Assembly: GCA_963667665.2 (NCBI GenBank)
Contig: OY763927.2
Span: 1,152,001-1,216,000 of the forward strand
Length of the DNA stretch: 64,000 nucleotides
Source: Nitrosopumilus sp.
GTDB taxonomy: Archaea > Thermoproteota > Nitrososphaeria > Nitrososphaerales > Nitrosopumilaceae
Direction: 5' to 3'
How positions within the stretch are numbered: position 1 is the first letter of the stretch; every line of letters starts with the position of its first letter. Below, piece after piece: positions 50,246 to 59,910 of this stretch. The notes below the pieces were generated by a model that worked only from the letters and a program-made list of their open reading frames with translations, searched no databases and was not told where the DNA came from. A program made the translations under genes and the position numbers.

Positions 50246-51085
50246 ATGAATTTTAAACGTTCTACAACATCAATGGCAATAGCCCTTATGGCACTGTCAT
50301 TAATTTCAGTGGTATCAATTCAACAAGATGCTTTTGCTGCAAGTCAAGGAATGTCTATTACAGCAACAGCTGATAGAGGTTCAGATACCATTACTCTAAT
50401 GGGTATGACAACTTCAGGATATACAGATGTTACAATTAGAGTAGTATCACCAATGGGAAATGTAGTATCTGTAGGTCAGGAAACACCAGATGAAAATGGA
50501 AATTTTGAAGATGTATTCAATGTTAGTAAATGGAATGAAGATGGATACTATACAATTCAAGCCAAGCAAGGTCAAGGAATTTTCACATTATCTGTAGATG
50601 TTCTAGTTAACAATGGTATGACTGAAAAAACTTCTGAAACTCAATCTACTTTAGATACAGGAATTTTTGTTCCAAACGTCATTACTAGAGACGCAGGAAT
50701 TGAAATTTTTGCAGAAGCTGAAATTGGTTCTACAACAATCAATATTATTGGAACTACAGACAGAGTAAGTGAAGCTATTACATTAACTGTAATTTCACCA
50801 AATGGGAATATAGTATCAATTGATCAAGTAACAGCAATGCTTAATGGAGAATTCACTTCAGTTATTGCTACAGGAGGACCATTATGGAAACAAGATGGTT
50901 TTTACACTGTAACTGCATACCAAAATGACAATCCAAAATATTCTGCGTCAACTGAGGTAGATATCAAAGATGGAGTAGTAGTACCAGAATTTGGTACAAT
51001 TGCAGCTATGATTCTAGCAGTAGCAATTATCTCAATAATTGCAGTATCTGCAAAGTCAAGACTTAGCATCATACCAAGATACTAA
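50246..51085 (+). CDS. PEFG-CTERM surface protein 2
   Basis: Signal peptide, two Ig-like repeats, VVPEFG + TM helix. Confidence 0.9.
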   Translation: MNFKRSTTSMAIALMALSLISVVSIQQDAFAASQGMSITATADRGSDTITLMGMTTSGYTDVTIRVVSPMGNVVSVGQETPDENGNFEDVFNVSKWNEDGYYTIQAKQGQGIFTLSVDVLVNNGMTEKTSETQSTLDTGIFVPNVITRDAGIEIFAEAEIGSTTINIIGTTDRVSEAITLTVISPNGNIVSIDQVTAMLNGEFTSVIATGGPLWKQDGFYTVTAYQNDNPKYSASTEVDIKDGVVVPEFGTIAAMILAVAIISIIAVSAKSRLSIIPRY

Positions 51086-51147
51086 AATTCATCTTTTTTT
51101 CTCTTTTTAAATATACATAAATAGAGATAGGTGTAAATCGCAACAAG

Positions 51148-52005
51148 ATGAACAACCGTACGTCGTTCGCGCTACTAGCCGTTTTGACTGTAGTCGCTAC
51201 TTTAACCATGTCATCAGCATATGCTCAACAACCAGCAGTATATTCTGAGGAGGAAGCAAGAATAGCAGCAAATGAGTTTTTGCTTCAGGATCTTCCAGTA
51301 TCTGTTTGGACAGACAAAACAGATTATGTTCACAATGACATGATTATTGTAACAGGTCAAGTAGCAAATGTATCTGGATTTCCAATCACAGTTACTGTTG
51401 TGAGTCCACTAAACTCCCTTGTTACAATTGCTCAACTCACTGTAGCAAATGATGGTAGTTTTGAGACAACACTAAACACAGCAGGTGCAATGTGGAAATA
51501 CGATGGTACCTACACCATTAAAGTAAACTATGGAAGCCCTGAAAAAAGTAACAAAGCAAAAGTTGAACTAACTGGTGAAGTTGCATATACACCAACAGTG
51601 CCAGCAAAACAATGTGGTACTAATGATATATCTGTAGATGGTCAATGTATACCATACAGCATTTCAGGTGGAATGGTAACTAGTGCAACCTTCAATACTG
51701 ATGATAATTCAATTATCATTAACATCAACGCAGAAGATGATGGAACACTAACAATAAACCCAGAAACACAAGTCATAGATGGTATCTTTATGGTACTAGT
51801 TGACGGAGAAGAATGGGATGATGTTGAAATTGTTGCAAATAAAGTAACAGTAATGTTCCCAGCAGGCGCTGAACAAATTGAAATTATTGGTACCTTTGTG
51901 ATTCCAGAATTTGGTACAATTGCAGCCATGATTCTAGCAGTAGCAATTATCTCAATAATTGCAGTATCTGCAAAGTCAAGACTTAGCATCATACCAAGAT
52001 ACTAA
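51148..52005 (+). CDS. PEFG-CTERM surface protein 3
   Basis: Signal peptide, Ig-like domain, Cys pair, VIPEFG + TM helix. Confidence 0.9.
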   Translation: MNNRTSFALLAVLTVVATLTMSSAYAQQPAVYSEEEARIAANEFLLQDLPVSVWTDKTDYVHNDMIIVTGQVANVSGFPITVTVVSPLNSLVTIAQLTVANDGSFETTLNTAGAMWKYDGTYTIKVNYGSPEKSNKAKVELTGEVAYTPTVPAKQCGTNDISVDGQCIPYSISGGMVTSATFNTDDNSIIININAEDDGTLTINPETQVIDGIFMVLVDGEEWDDVEIVANKVTVMFPAGAEQIEIIGTFVIPEFGTIAAMILAVAIISIIAVSAKSRLSIIPRY

Positions 52006-52075
52006 AATCACAACTTTTTTTCATTTTTTCATTTTAGATAGTAAAGGAAATATACAAATGTGCATTTGGAAACTT

Positions 52076-52879
52076 GTGGAATCTAAAATATTTTATGGTA
52101 TCATAGTTTTATTTTTTATTTCAACTACAACTGCGTTTGCTCAAGAATCTTTAATTTCCGATTTTAAGACAGATGACAATCTGTACGATGAAGGCGATAC
52201 AGTTGTAATATCAGGTATTGTAAATACAGTAATTGGAAAAACGCCAATCATAATACAAATAATTCATGAAGCAACATACGTACATTTTGCACAAATAGAA
52301 GTAGCCCAAGATGGTACATTTTCAGAAACGGTTATTGCAGAAGGGCCATTATGGAAAAATGCAGGAGAATACATAGTTAGAGCATCATACCAAGATCAAA
52401 TAGCAGAAATTGAATTTGATTATACTCCAAAATCAGAGTCAATTGAGACCACAACCAATTTTGAAGTAGATGCAGGAAGTTATGGAACATTTGATGTAGA
52501 GTATACCATCAGAGGAGGTACAATTAAAGACATGATAGTAGATACGGAACAGTTTGCAATAATAGTACAAATTGATTCAACAGACGAGGGAACCATCACA
52601 TTAGATTTACCTAGAGAATTCATAGGTGCTGAGAAACAAAATGGTAAAGATGATACTTTCATTATTCTGATAGATGGAATAGAAGTTGCATATCAAGAAT
52701 CTTTAGTACACCCAAATTCCAGAGTCATAACAGTGAATTTTGAAGAAGGGGATTCAGATATTGAAATTATTGGAACTTATGTTGTTCCAGAATTTGGCAC
52801 CATTGTAATGATGATTCTGATTGTAGGTATAATGACAGTTATTTTAGCATCCAGAAACAAATTACAAATTAAGATTTAG
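52076..52879 (+). CDS. PEFG-CTERM surface protein 4 (start taken at GTG 52076)
   Basis: Signal peptide, Ig-like domain, VVPEFG + TM helix with a diverged tail. Confidence 0.88.
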   Translation: MESKIFYGIIVLFFISTTTAFAQESLISDFKTDDNLYDEGDTVVISGIVNTVIGKTPIIIQIIHEATYVHFAQIEVAQDGTFSETVIAEGPLWKNAGEYIVRASYQDQIAEIEFDYTPKSESIETTTNFEVDAGSYGTFDVEYTIRGGTIKDMIVDTEQFAIIVQIDSTDEGTITLDLPREFIGAEKQNGKDDTFIILIDGIEVAYQESLVHPNSRVITVNFEEGDSDIEIIGTYVVPEFGTIVMMILIVGIMTVILASRNKLQIKI

Positions 52880-54045
52880 TTTTTTGAAACAAAAGAATAT
52901 TTTTCTTTGAATGGAGAAACGGAACGAAGTTCTTGAACTATTTTTTTTAGAATATCAACTGTTTGATCGATTTCTTTTTGATCATTAAAAATTCCTGTTG
53001 TCAAACGCAAAGAACCAGTAATTTGTTCAAGTGAAAATCCCATTGCTTCTAAAACATGTGAAGCTTTTTGTGTGTTTACAGAACATGCAGAACCTGTAGA
53101 TGCTGCAATTCCATATTCATCAAGTTTGATTATAAGATCCTCACCATTTACACCAAGAAATGTAAAATGTGCATTATTTGGTAATCTGAATTGAGGATGA
53201 CCATTCAAAGTCACTTCAGGAATTTCATTTATTACTTTTTCAATTAGGGTATCCCTAAGTTTTTTCATCTGAGAGATATTTCCATTTAGATTATTTTTTG
53301 CTAATTCACATGCCTTTCCAAATCCTACAATGCTTGCAACATTTTCAGTTCCAGAACGCAATCCATGTTCTTGTCCTCCACCCAGAATCACAGGATCAAT
53401 GTCTATACCATTTTTGATGTATAATGCACCTATCCCTTTTGGACCATATAGCTTATGAGATGAAATAGAGAGTAAATCTATTCCTAATTTTTTAACATCC
53501 AGAGGAATTTTACCAACAGCTTGTACAGCATCAGTATGAAATAGAACGTTTTTTTCATTACATATTTTTGATATTTCAGATATTGCTTGTATAGTACCTA
53601 CTTCGTTATTTCCAAACATTATAGAGACAAGAATAGTTTTCTCAGAAATATGACTTTTCAAAACAGATGAATCTACCACACCAAACTTGTTTACTGGTAG
53701 ATAATCTACATCAAATCCATTTTGTTTTAATTTTTTACATGGTTCTAAAATTGCATCATGTTCAATTAAGGAGGTAATGATTTGGCCAGAGGTATTTTTC
53801 ATGGCTATCCCTTTCAAGGCAGTGTTATTTGATTCAGTACCACCAGATGTAAGTAAAATTTCAGAAGGTTCTGCATTAATTAAAGATGCAATTTGTTTTC
53901 TTGATTTTTCAATTGCTTTGTGAGCTAACCTACCATAACGATGTAGGGATGATGGATTTCCATATTGTTCTTTTAGGTAGGGCAACATTGAATTCAAAAC
54001 ATCTTCATGAATTTGAGTTGATGCAGCATTATCTAGATAAATCAA
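52876..54045 (-). CDS. iscS: Cysteine desulfurase (IscS/NifS class I)
   Basis: YLDNAAST, SSHKLYGPKG (PLP-Lys) and STGSAC motifs. Confidence 0.95.
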   Translation of the reverse strand: MIYLDNAASTQIHEDVLNSMLPYLKEQYGNPSSLHRYGRLAHKAIEKSRKQIASLINAEPSEILLTSGGTESNNTALKGIAMKNTSGQIITSLIEHDAILEPCKKLKQNGFDVDYLPVNKFGVVDSSVLKSHISEKTILVSIMFGNNEVGTIQAISEISKICNEKNVLFHTDAVQAVGKIPLDVKKLGIDLLSISSHKLYGPKGIGALYIKNGIDIDPVILGGGQEHGLRSGTENVASIVGFGKACELAKNNLNGNISQMKKLRDTLIEKVINEIPEVTLNGHPQFRLPNNAHFTFLGVNGEDLIIKLDEYGIAASTGSACSVNTQKASHVLEAMGFSLEQITGSLRLTTGIFNDQKEIDQTVDILKKIVQELRSVSPFKEKYSFVSKN

Positions 54046-54839
54046 TCTGCAATCACATTAATTTTTCCCGGTTTATATCCATCCTGATCAATTTCAACTG
54101 CAGAAAATCCAATCATCTTTAATTTTTCAGTGATTTTATTCAGAATTGCATCATTAAATGACGATATCATTACTTTGTCGACTTCAATTTTTGCACAACC
54201 ATTAAGATCTCGAACTCTAACTCGTTTTACATTTGTAAGTTGTTTAACAATTGTTTCACCAAATTCAATCCTAATTAATTTCTCAGCTGTTACTCTTTGT
54301 CCCCAAGGTATTCTAGAAGCCAAACAAGAATTTGATGGTCTATCATAAACAGACAATCCTATAAATTTTGCAGATTCTCTAATTTCTAATTTTGAAAAAT
54401 TTGTTTCTACAAGTGGGCTTCGGATACCATTTTGTTTTAAAGCTTCAATTCCAGGTCTGTAATCACCCAAATCATCCAAATTAGTTCCATCAACTATTAC
54501 TTGAACACCATGTTTATTGGCTAATGCAATCAAATGATCTCCTAATTCTATTCTACAATGAAAACATCGGTTTGAGTCATTTTTTATAAATTCTTCATTT
54601 TCAAGTTCATTATAATCCAAAAAGAGTTGTCTTATTCCAATCTCTTTGCATATTTGTTTGGCAGAATCAAGTTCTTCCTTAGATAGTGTTTTGTAATCAG
54701 CAGTAACTGCAATTGCTGAATTTCCTAGTTTTTGAAAAGCAGCATACGCAACAAGGGCACTATCAACACCACCTGAAAGTGCAATCATTACTTTATTTTT
54801 AGATTCAAACCAATTTACTAATTCATCCAGTTTTGTCAT
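54042..54839 (-). CDS. larE: ATP-dependent sulfur transferase LarE (NPN cofactor biosynthesis)
   Basis: PP-loop SGGVDS, RCFHC, DGTNLDD..DYRPG and SCLASR motifs. Confidence 0.92.
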   Translation of the reverse strand: MTKLDELVNWFESKNKVMIALSGGVDSALVAYAAFQKLGNSAIAVTADYKTLSKEELDSAKQICKEIGIRQLFLDYNELENEEFIKNDSNRCFHCRIELGDHLIALANKHGVQVIVDGTNLDDLGDYRPGIEALKQNGIRSPLVETNFSKLEIRESAKFIGLSVYDRPSNSCLASRIPWGQRVTAEKLIRIEFGETIVKQLTNVKRVRVRDLNGCAKIEVDKVMISSFNDAILNKITEKLKMIGFSAVEIDQDGYKPGKINVIAD

Positions 54840-54841
54840 TG

Positions 54842-56062
54842 TTAATCCTCTAATTTCTCAATCTCTTTTCTTAATAATGACTCGGTCTCTTTAATTGATT
54901 TGTCAATTGTGTTAGATACAGTTTTCAAGTCATCAAATTCTATTTTAAAATCAGTTTTTCCTTTGAAGGATGATTTTTTGTAATTTACTTGAAAAGATAC
55001 ACCATTCAAAGTTAAAGAAACAGAATGGATTGTCCTAGGAACAATTAATCGATTAGATTCAGAAATTCGAATTCCCAAGGTACCAGTTTCAAGAATTAAG
55101 GTATCAACAATTTCTTCAACGTTTTCATCATTACAAATTACAGATACAAGATTTGTAGGTCTACCTTTCTTGGTAATTCCATGATAAATTGAAACATCTT
55201 TTGCACCTTTTTCCATAATTTTTTCAATTAGATTTCCTAGAATTTCTCCTGAAACATCATCCACATTTGTTTCAAGAATTTTTACTGAATCAATATCAAA
55301 ATTATTTTCAGGGCCTCTAACAATTTTCAAAACATTTGAAAAAGTTTCAAAATCTTTTTGTCCTGCACCATAACCTATTGAATCAATTTTCATAGAGGGG
55401 TAATATTCCACAGCATTATTTGTTAGATTTGCTAAAATACAGGCCCCAGTTGGAGTAGTAAGTTCTTCGTTTGCAGTATTTCCTTTAATTGTTAAATTCG
55501 AATTTTTGAAAATCTCAAGAATTGCACTAGCTGGATTTGACATGGTCCCATGTGAAAAAGTTACATTACCTCCACCAACTGAGATAGGTAAACAAAGAAT
55601 TTTTTCATCAAATAGTCCTAAATCTTCTAGAGCAATTGTAATGCCAACAATATCCACAAGCGTATCAATACTAGATGCTTCATGAAAGAGAACAGAATCT
55701 TTGGGAATTCCATGTATTTTAGATTCAGAAGAAATAAGTGTATCAATACAAGAATTTGAAAAGGTGTTTGCTTTTTCTGAAAGTCCAATGGATTGAATAG
55801 AATCAGAAATTGCCTTTTTGATTTCTGAGCCTTTTCTTTCATGAACATCTTCATTAATTTCTAAAATTAATTGAACAGATTCGATTCCATGTTTAGAAAT
55901 TTTTTCAAAATCAATTTGTTTAATTGATGAATTTGGGAAAAAAAATTCTGATTGTTTTATTCCATTAATTATCTTATTTTTATCAGCACCTAAATCCACC
56001 AATGAGCAAAGAAGCATATCTCCAGATATTCCAGCAATCTGTGGATCAATTACAACAACCAT
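54842..56062 (-). CDS. larC: Nickel insertion protein LarC
   Basis: GISGDML, HG.....FHE...DTLVDIVG, ELTTPTGA, LETNVDD and ETGTLGIR motifs. Confidence 0.92.
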   Translation of the reverse strand: MVVVIDPQIAGISGDMLLCSLVDLGADKNKIINGIKQSEFFFPNSSIKQIDFEKISKHGIESVQLILEINEDVHERKGSEIKKAISDSIQSIGLSEKANTFSNSCIDTLISSESKIHGIPKDSVLFHEASSIDTLVDIVGITIALEDLGLFDEKILCLPISVGGGNVTFSHGTMSNPASAILEIFKNSNLTIKGNTANEELTTPTGACILANLTNNAVEYYPSMKIDSIGYGAGQKDFETFSNVLKIVRGPENNFDIDSVKILETNVDDVSGEILGNLIEKIMEKGAKDVSIYHGITKKGRPTNLVSVICNDENVEEIVDTLILETGTLGIRISESNRLIVPRTIHSVSLTLNGVSFQVNYKKSSFKGKTDFKIEFDDLKTVSNTIDKSIKETESLLRKEIEKLED

Positions 56063-56152
56063 AGATTAAAAATTATCAAAAATACTTATAAATTCGTCTA
56101 ATAGGTAATGAATTTCATTAGATTTAATTATTGAAAATCAACAGTGTTTTTC

Positions 56153-57067
56153 ATGATTACTATTATTGGTTCAGGTAAAGTAGGTGGAGATGCTGCATTA
56201 TTCTCTGCATTAAAGCGACTAGATGATCAAATTTTGTTATTAGATGTTGTTGAAGGACTTCCACAAGGAGAAGCAATGGATATCAACCATATGTTATCAG
56301 AACAGGGAATTGATGTTGAGGTAAAAGGTTCAAATGATTATGCAGATATGAAAGGCTCAAACATTGTTGTAGTTGTTGCAGGTTCTGGAAGAAAACCAGG
56401 AATGACAAGAATGGATCTTTTGAAGATTAATGCTTCAGTTGTCAAAAGTGTTGTTGGAAATATCAAAAAATATGCTGATGACTCGATGATCATTCCAGTT
56501 ACAAATCCACTTGATCCAATGGCATATGTCACATACAAAGTCTCAGGATTTGATAGGAGTAGAGTATTTGGAATGGGAGGAATGCTAGACTTGTCAAGAT
56601 TCAAACAATTTATTCATGAAGCTACAGGACATTCACGTGATTCCATTAGAGCATTAGTAATTGGAGAGCATGGAGAAAATATGCTTCCATTACCAAGATT
56701 TTCATCAGTTTCAGGTATTCCATTATCAACTTTTCTTCCACAAGAAAAATTGGATGAATTGGTTCAAAACACAAAACAAGTTGCAGCCAAAGTTATCGAG
56801 TTAAAAGGTGCCACAGTACATGCTCCAGGAAATGCAATATCTGCAATTGTTGAATCAGTTGTAAAAGATAGAAAACAAGTCATGCCAGTTGCAACATATC
56901 TTGATGGAGAATACGGTCATTCAGATGTTACGATAGGAGTTCCAGCAGTTATTGGGAAGAAAGGCGTAGAGAAAATCATAGAACTAGACCTTAATGATGA
57001 AGAAAAACAAGTTTTTGAAAAAGGAATTGAGAGTGTAAAAGGTGCCATCTCAGGTATTGAGATCTAA
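56153..57067 (+). CDS. mdh: LDH-like malate dehydrogenase
   Basis: [18 protein letters not shown] (specificity Arg), NPLD and GEHG motifs. Confidence 0.94.
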   Translation: MITIIGSGKVGGDAALFSALKRLDDQILLLDVVEGLPQGEAMDINHMLSEQGIDVEVKGSNDYADMKGSNIVVVVAGSGRKPGMTRMDLLKINASVVKSVVGNIKKYADDSMIIPVTNPLDPMAYVTYKVSGFDRSRVFGMGGMLDLSRFKQFIHEATGHSRDSIRALVIGEHGENMLPLPRFSSVSGIPLSTFLPQEKLDELVQNTKQVAAKVIELKGATVHAPGNAISAIVESVVKDRKQVMPVATYLDGEYGHSDVTIGVPAVIGKKGVEKIIELDLNDEEKQVFEKGIESVKGAISGIEI

Positions 57068-57100
57068 GCCTTTTTTTATCCAAACAAAGAAAAATCATCA

Positions 57101-57874
57101 TTGGAAATTCATGAAATTTTAGAATCATTGAAGGCAGGTAAAATTGCAGTTAATGATGCAAAAAAACTTCTCTCATTATATTCAATTGAACAAGTAGAAG
57201 GATTTGCCAAAATTGACATCAACCGAAGAAAGAGAAGAGGGATTCCAGAAGTGATTTTTGCCGAACCAAAAGAACTAAACGAAATTAAAAAAATTATAAA
57301 GAAAACTCTTGAAAAAAATAACTCAGTAATTGTCTCAAGGATTAAGAAAAAAGATTATCCAAAAATTATAGCATTCGCAAAGAGACTTGAAGTAAAAATA
57401 AAAACTGGAAAAAATTCATCATCAGTGTTGCTATTTAAAAAACCTATAAAATTTCATGGAGGGAAAGTAGGAATACTCACTGCTGGAACATCAGATATTG
57501 GAGTGGCAGAAGAATCTAGGTTAATGTGTGAGGCAATGAACTGTAAATGTATTACAAGTTATGATGTAGGAGTTGCAGGTATTCATAGAATTTTTCCAAT
57601 TTTAAAAGAAATGATAAAAGAAGATGTGGATTGTATAATAGTGGCTGCAGGAATGGAAGGTGCTTTGGCCACACTTGTTTCTACCATGGTAGACATTCCA
57701 ATCATAGGAATTCCAACATCTGTAGGATATGGATACGGTGAAAAAGGAATAGCTGCCCTTGCATCAATGCTACAAAGTTGTTCGTTAGGATTATCAGTAG
57801 TAAATATAGATAATGGGATTGCAGCAGGTGGGATTGCAGCAAATATTGCAAACAGAGCTGTCAGAAAAAAATGA
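57101..57874 (+). CDS. larB: LarB (PurE-like carboxylase/hydrolase, NPN cofactor biosynthesis)
   Basis: R..RRGIPEV, AGTSD..VAEE, DVGVAGIHR, AGMEGAL and PTSVGYG motifs. Confidence 0.93.
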   Translation: MEIHEILESLKAGKIAVNDAKKLLSLYSIEQVEGFAKIDINRRKRRGIPEVIFAEPKELNEIKKIIKKTLEKNNSVIVSRIKKKDYPKIIAFAKRLEVKIKTGKNSSSVLLFKKPIKFHGGKVGILTAGTSDIGVAEESRLMCEAMNCKCITSYDVGVAGIHRIFPILKEMIKEDVDCIIVAAGMEGALATLVSTMVDIPIIGIPTSVGYGYGEKGIAALASMLQSCSLGLSVVNIDNGIAAGGIAANIANRAVRKK

Positions 57875-57958
57875 AAAAACAATTCTAATTAAAATTTACA
57901 AATGATCTAGTCACGGTCTCGTAAATGATATATAACACACTTTAACGACGTTTTGTAG

Positions 57959-59539
57959 TTGGCTGGCAAACGTGTTGTACTTACTGCTGATCGTAGTTTA
58001 ATGACAAATTATAGAGGAAATTTTCTGTATGGTTTTATTGCATGTGGACCATATGAAGTTCTACCAGAATGGGTTTTTGACAAAGTTTTCTGTCCATCAG
58101 TTGAAACAGACAAAACTACAGGAGAAGTTAAAGTTGCTCAAGTAGGATTAAGAAGAGTAGAAAGCTCACTTCTTCAAGGAGGATACAAAAGAGATGAAGT
58201 ATTCCTTGCACATCCTGAAATGTTACACAAATCAATTGGGCCTGATACCAAAGTTGTAGGAATTAATGTAATGGATCCACTAGGAATGGCTCCAGTAACA
58301 ACAACAATGTCACCAGAAAAACTATCCTATGTAGCAATGAAATTCAAGAAAATGTGTGCTAGTATTATTCAGCTCAAAAAGAAATATGACTTCAAAGTGG
58401 TAGTTGGAGGTAATGGAGCATGGGAATTAGCTAAATCAGACAGAATGAAAATTCACGGAATTGATACAGTAGTTGTTGGTGAAGCTGATGAGTTAGCAAT
58501 AGATTTGTTCCAAGATCTAGAAAAAGGGGATGCACCAGAACTAATGCATTGTTTTGTCAGAAATCTTGAAAATATTCCAGTTATTGAAGGCCCTACAATC
58601 AATTCCTTAATTGAAGCAATGAGAGGTTGTGGAAGAGGATGTGACTTTTGTGACGTAAATAAAAGATCAAAGAAAGACCTTCCATTAGAAAGATTACAAC
58701 ATGAAGCAAAAATTAACTTAGATTATGGATTTGATTCAATTTGGTTACATTCAGATGAGATGTTACTTTATGGATGTGACAATAGAGACTTTTATCCAAA
58801 CAGAGATGTCATTACTGATTTATGGAAAGGACTCAAAGGATTAGGAGCAAACTTTATTGGAACTACACATATGACATTCTCAGCAGTTGCAGCAGATCCT
58901 ACATTAATGCAACAAATTTCACATATCAATGAACAAGACAAAACAGGAAGATGGCTTGCAACAAATTTGGGAATTGAAACAGTTGCACCAGCATTAGTAA
59001 AGAAACATCTGGGTGTTAAAACAAAACCATTCTCACCTGATGAATGGGGAAGTGTTGTAATGGAAGGTGCAAAGATTCTAAATGAAAATCACTGGTTTCC
59101 AGCTGCAACAATTATCATTGGTTGGCCTGATGAAACTCCAGAGGACAATCAGTATACTATTGATATGGTCAGTGACTTTAGAGAGATGAATTTTAGAGGA
59201 TTGGTTGCACCATTACTTTACCAAGACTTTAGTGAAAAGAATTCAATGCACTTTGGAAACTTGAATGAAGCCCAATTCACATTATTTTGGAGATGTTGGG
59301 AAAATAACTTACGTGTAATTAATGATATAATTCCAATTATTCTTAGAAACAAGACCTATGGTCCACCAATGAAAGTCTTCATGTATGGTATTCTTAGAGC
59401 AGGAACATGGGCAATAATGAGATATCTCAGAGGACTGTGTAAAGATCTTTTCAATGGACGAACTCCAGAAGAGATTATGGACAAATATGCAAGAAGTAGA
59501 TCAGTAACTGCACCTAGAATTCAAACAAAGAAATTATAG
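57959..59539 (+). CDS. Radical SAM protein with N-terminal B12-binding-like domain; possible GDGT ring synthase (Grs-like)
   Basis: RGCGRGCDFC motif; N-terminal LTADRSLM, GLRRVE and MDPLG segments resemble Grs-type enzymes as I recall them (radical SAM call firm, Grs call tentative). Confidence 0.7.
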   Translation: MAGKRVVLTADRSLMTNYRGNFLYGFIACGPYEVLPEWVFDKVFCPSVETDKTTGEVKVAQVGLRRVESSLLQGGYKRDEVFLAHPEMLHKSIGPDTKVVGINVMDPLGMAPVTTTMSPEKLSYVAMKFKKMCASIIQLKKKYDFKVVVGGNGAWELAKSDRMKIHGIDTVVVGEADELAIDLFQDLEKGDAPELMHCFVRNLENIPVIEGPTINSLIEAMRGCGRGCDFCDVNKRSKKDLPLERLQHEAKINLDYGFDSIWLHSDEMLLYGCDNRDFYPNRDVITDLWKGLKGLGANFIGTTHMTFSAVAADPTLMQQISHINEQDKTGRWLATNLGIETVAPALVKKHLGVKTKPFSPDEWGSVVMEGAKILNENHWFPAATIIIGWPDETPEDNQYTIDMVSDFREMNFRGLVAPLLYQDFSEKNSMHFGNLNEAQFTLFWRCWENNLRVINDIIPIILRNKTYGPPMKVFMYGILRAGTWAIMRYLRGLCKDLFNGRTPEEIMDKYARSRSVTAPRIQTKKL

Positions 59540-59857
59540 ATTTTCAATAGCAATATCTGCTATAGTGTTTCGTTTTGGTGTTATGGAGATAAAATAAACT
59601 TTGTCTGCTCTTTCAATACTTTCAACTTTTTTGTAAGACTTTGATGTTACATCAAATTCATAGATTCCTGATTCAAGTGAACCTTTTGAATAAAGCATAA
59701 GAAATGTTTCTCCAGTTATTGGACTAAGCGGAATAAATGACATTACATATTCTTTGTAAGAATTAATGGGCATTGTATTTTTCATTGGAGGAGCTGCTGC
59801 TGCCATGTACATAAAGAAGTCTTCAATTGTATCAAATTCTTCGTATTCAATATGCAT
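59534..59857 (-). CDS. Hypothetical protein
   Basis: 107-aa ORF; no motif recognised. Confidence 0.72.
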   Translation of the reverse strand: MHIEYEEFDTIEDFFMYMAAAAPPMKNTMPINSYKEYVMSFIPLSPITGETFLMLYSKGSLESGIYEFDVTSKSYKKVESIERADKVYFISITPKRNTIADIAIENL

Positions 59858-59910
59858 TAAGTTTCATAATTTGCTTTAGTATAATAACCTACTAATGAAA
59901 TGAGGTAAAA

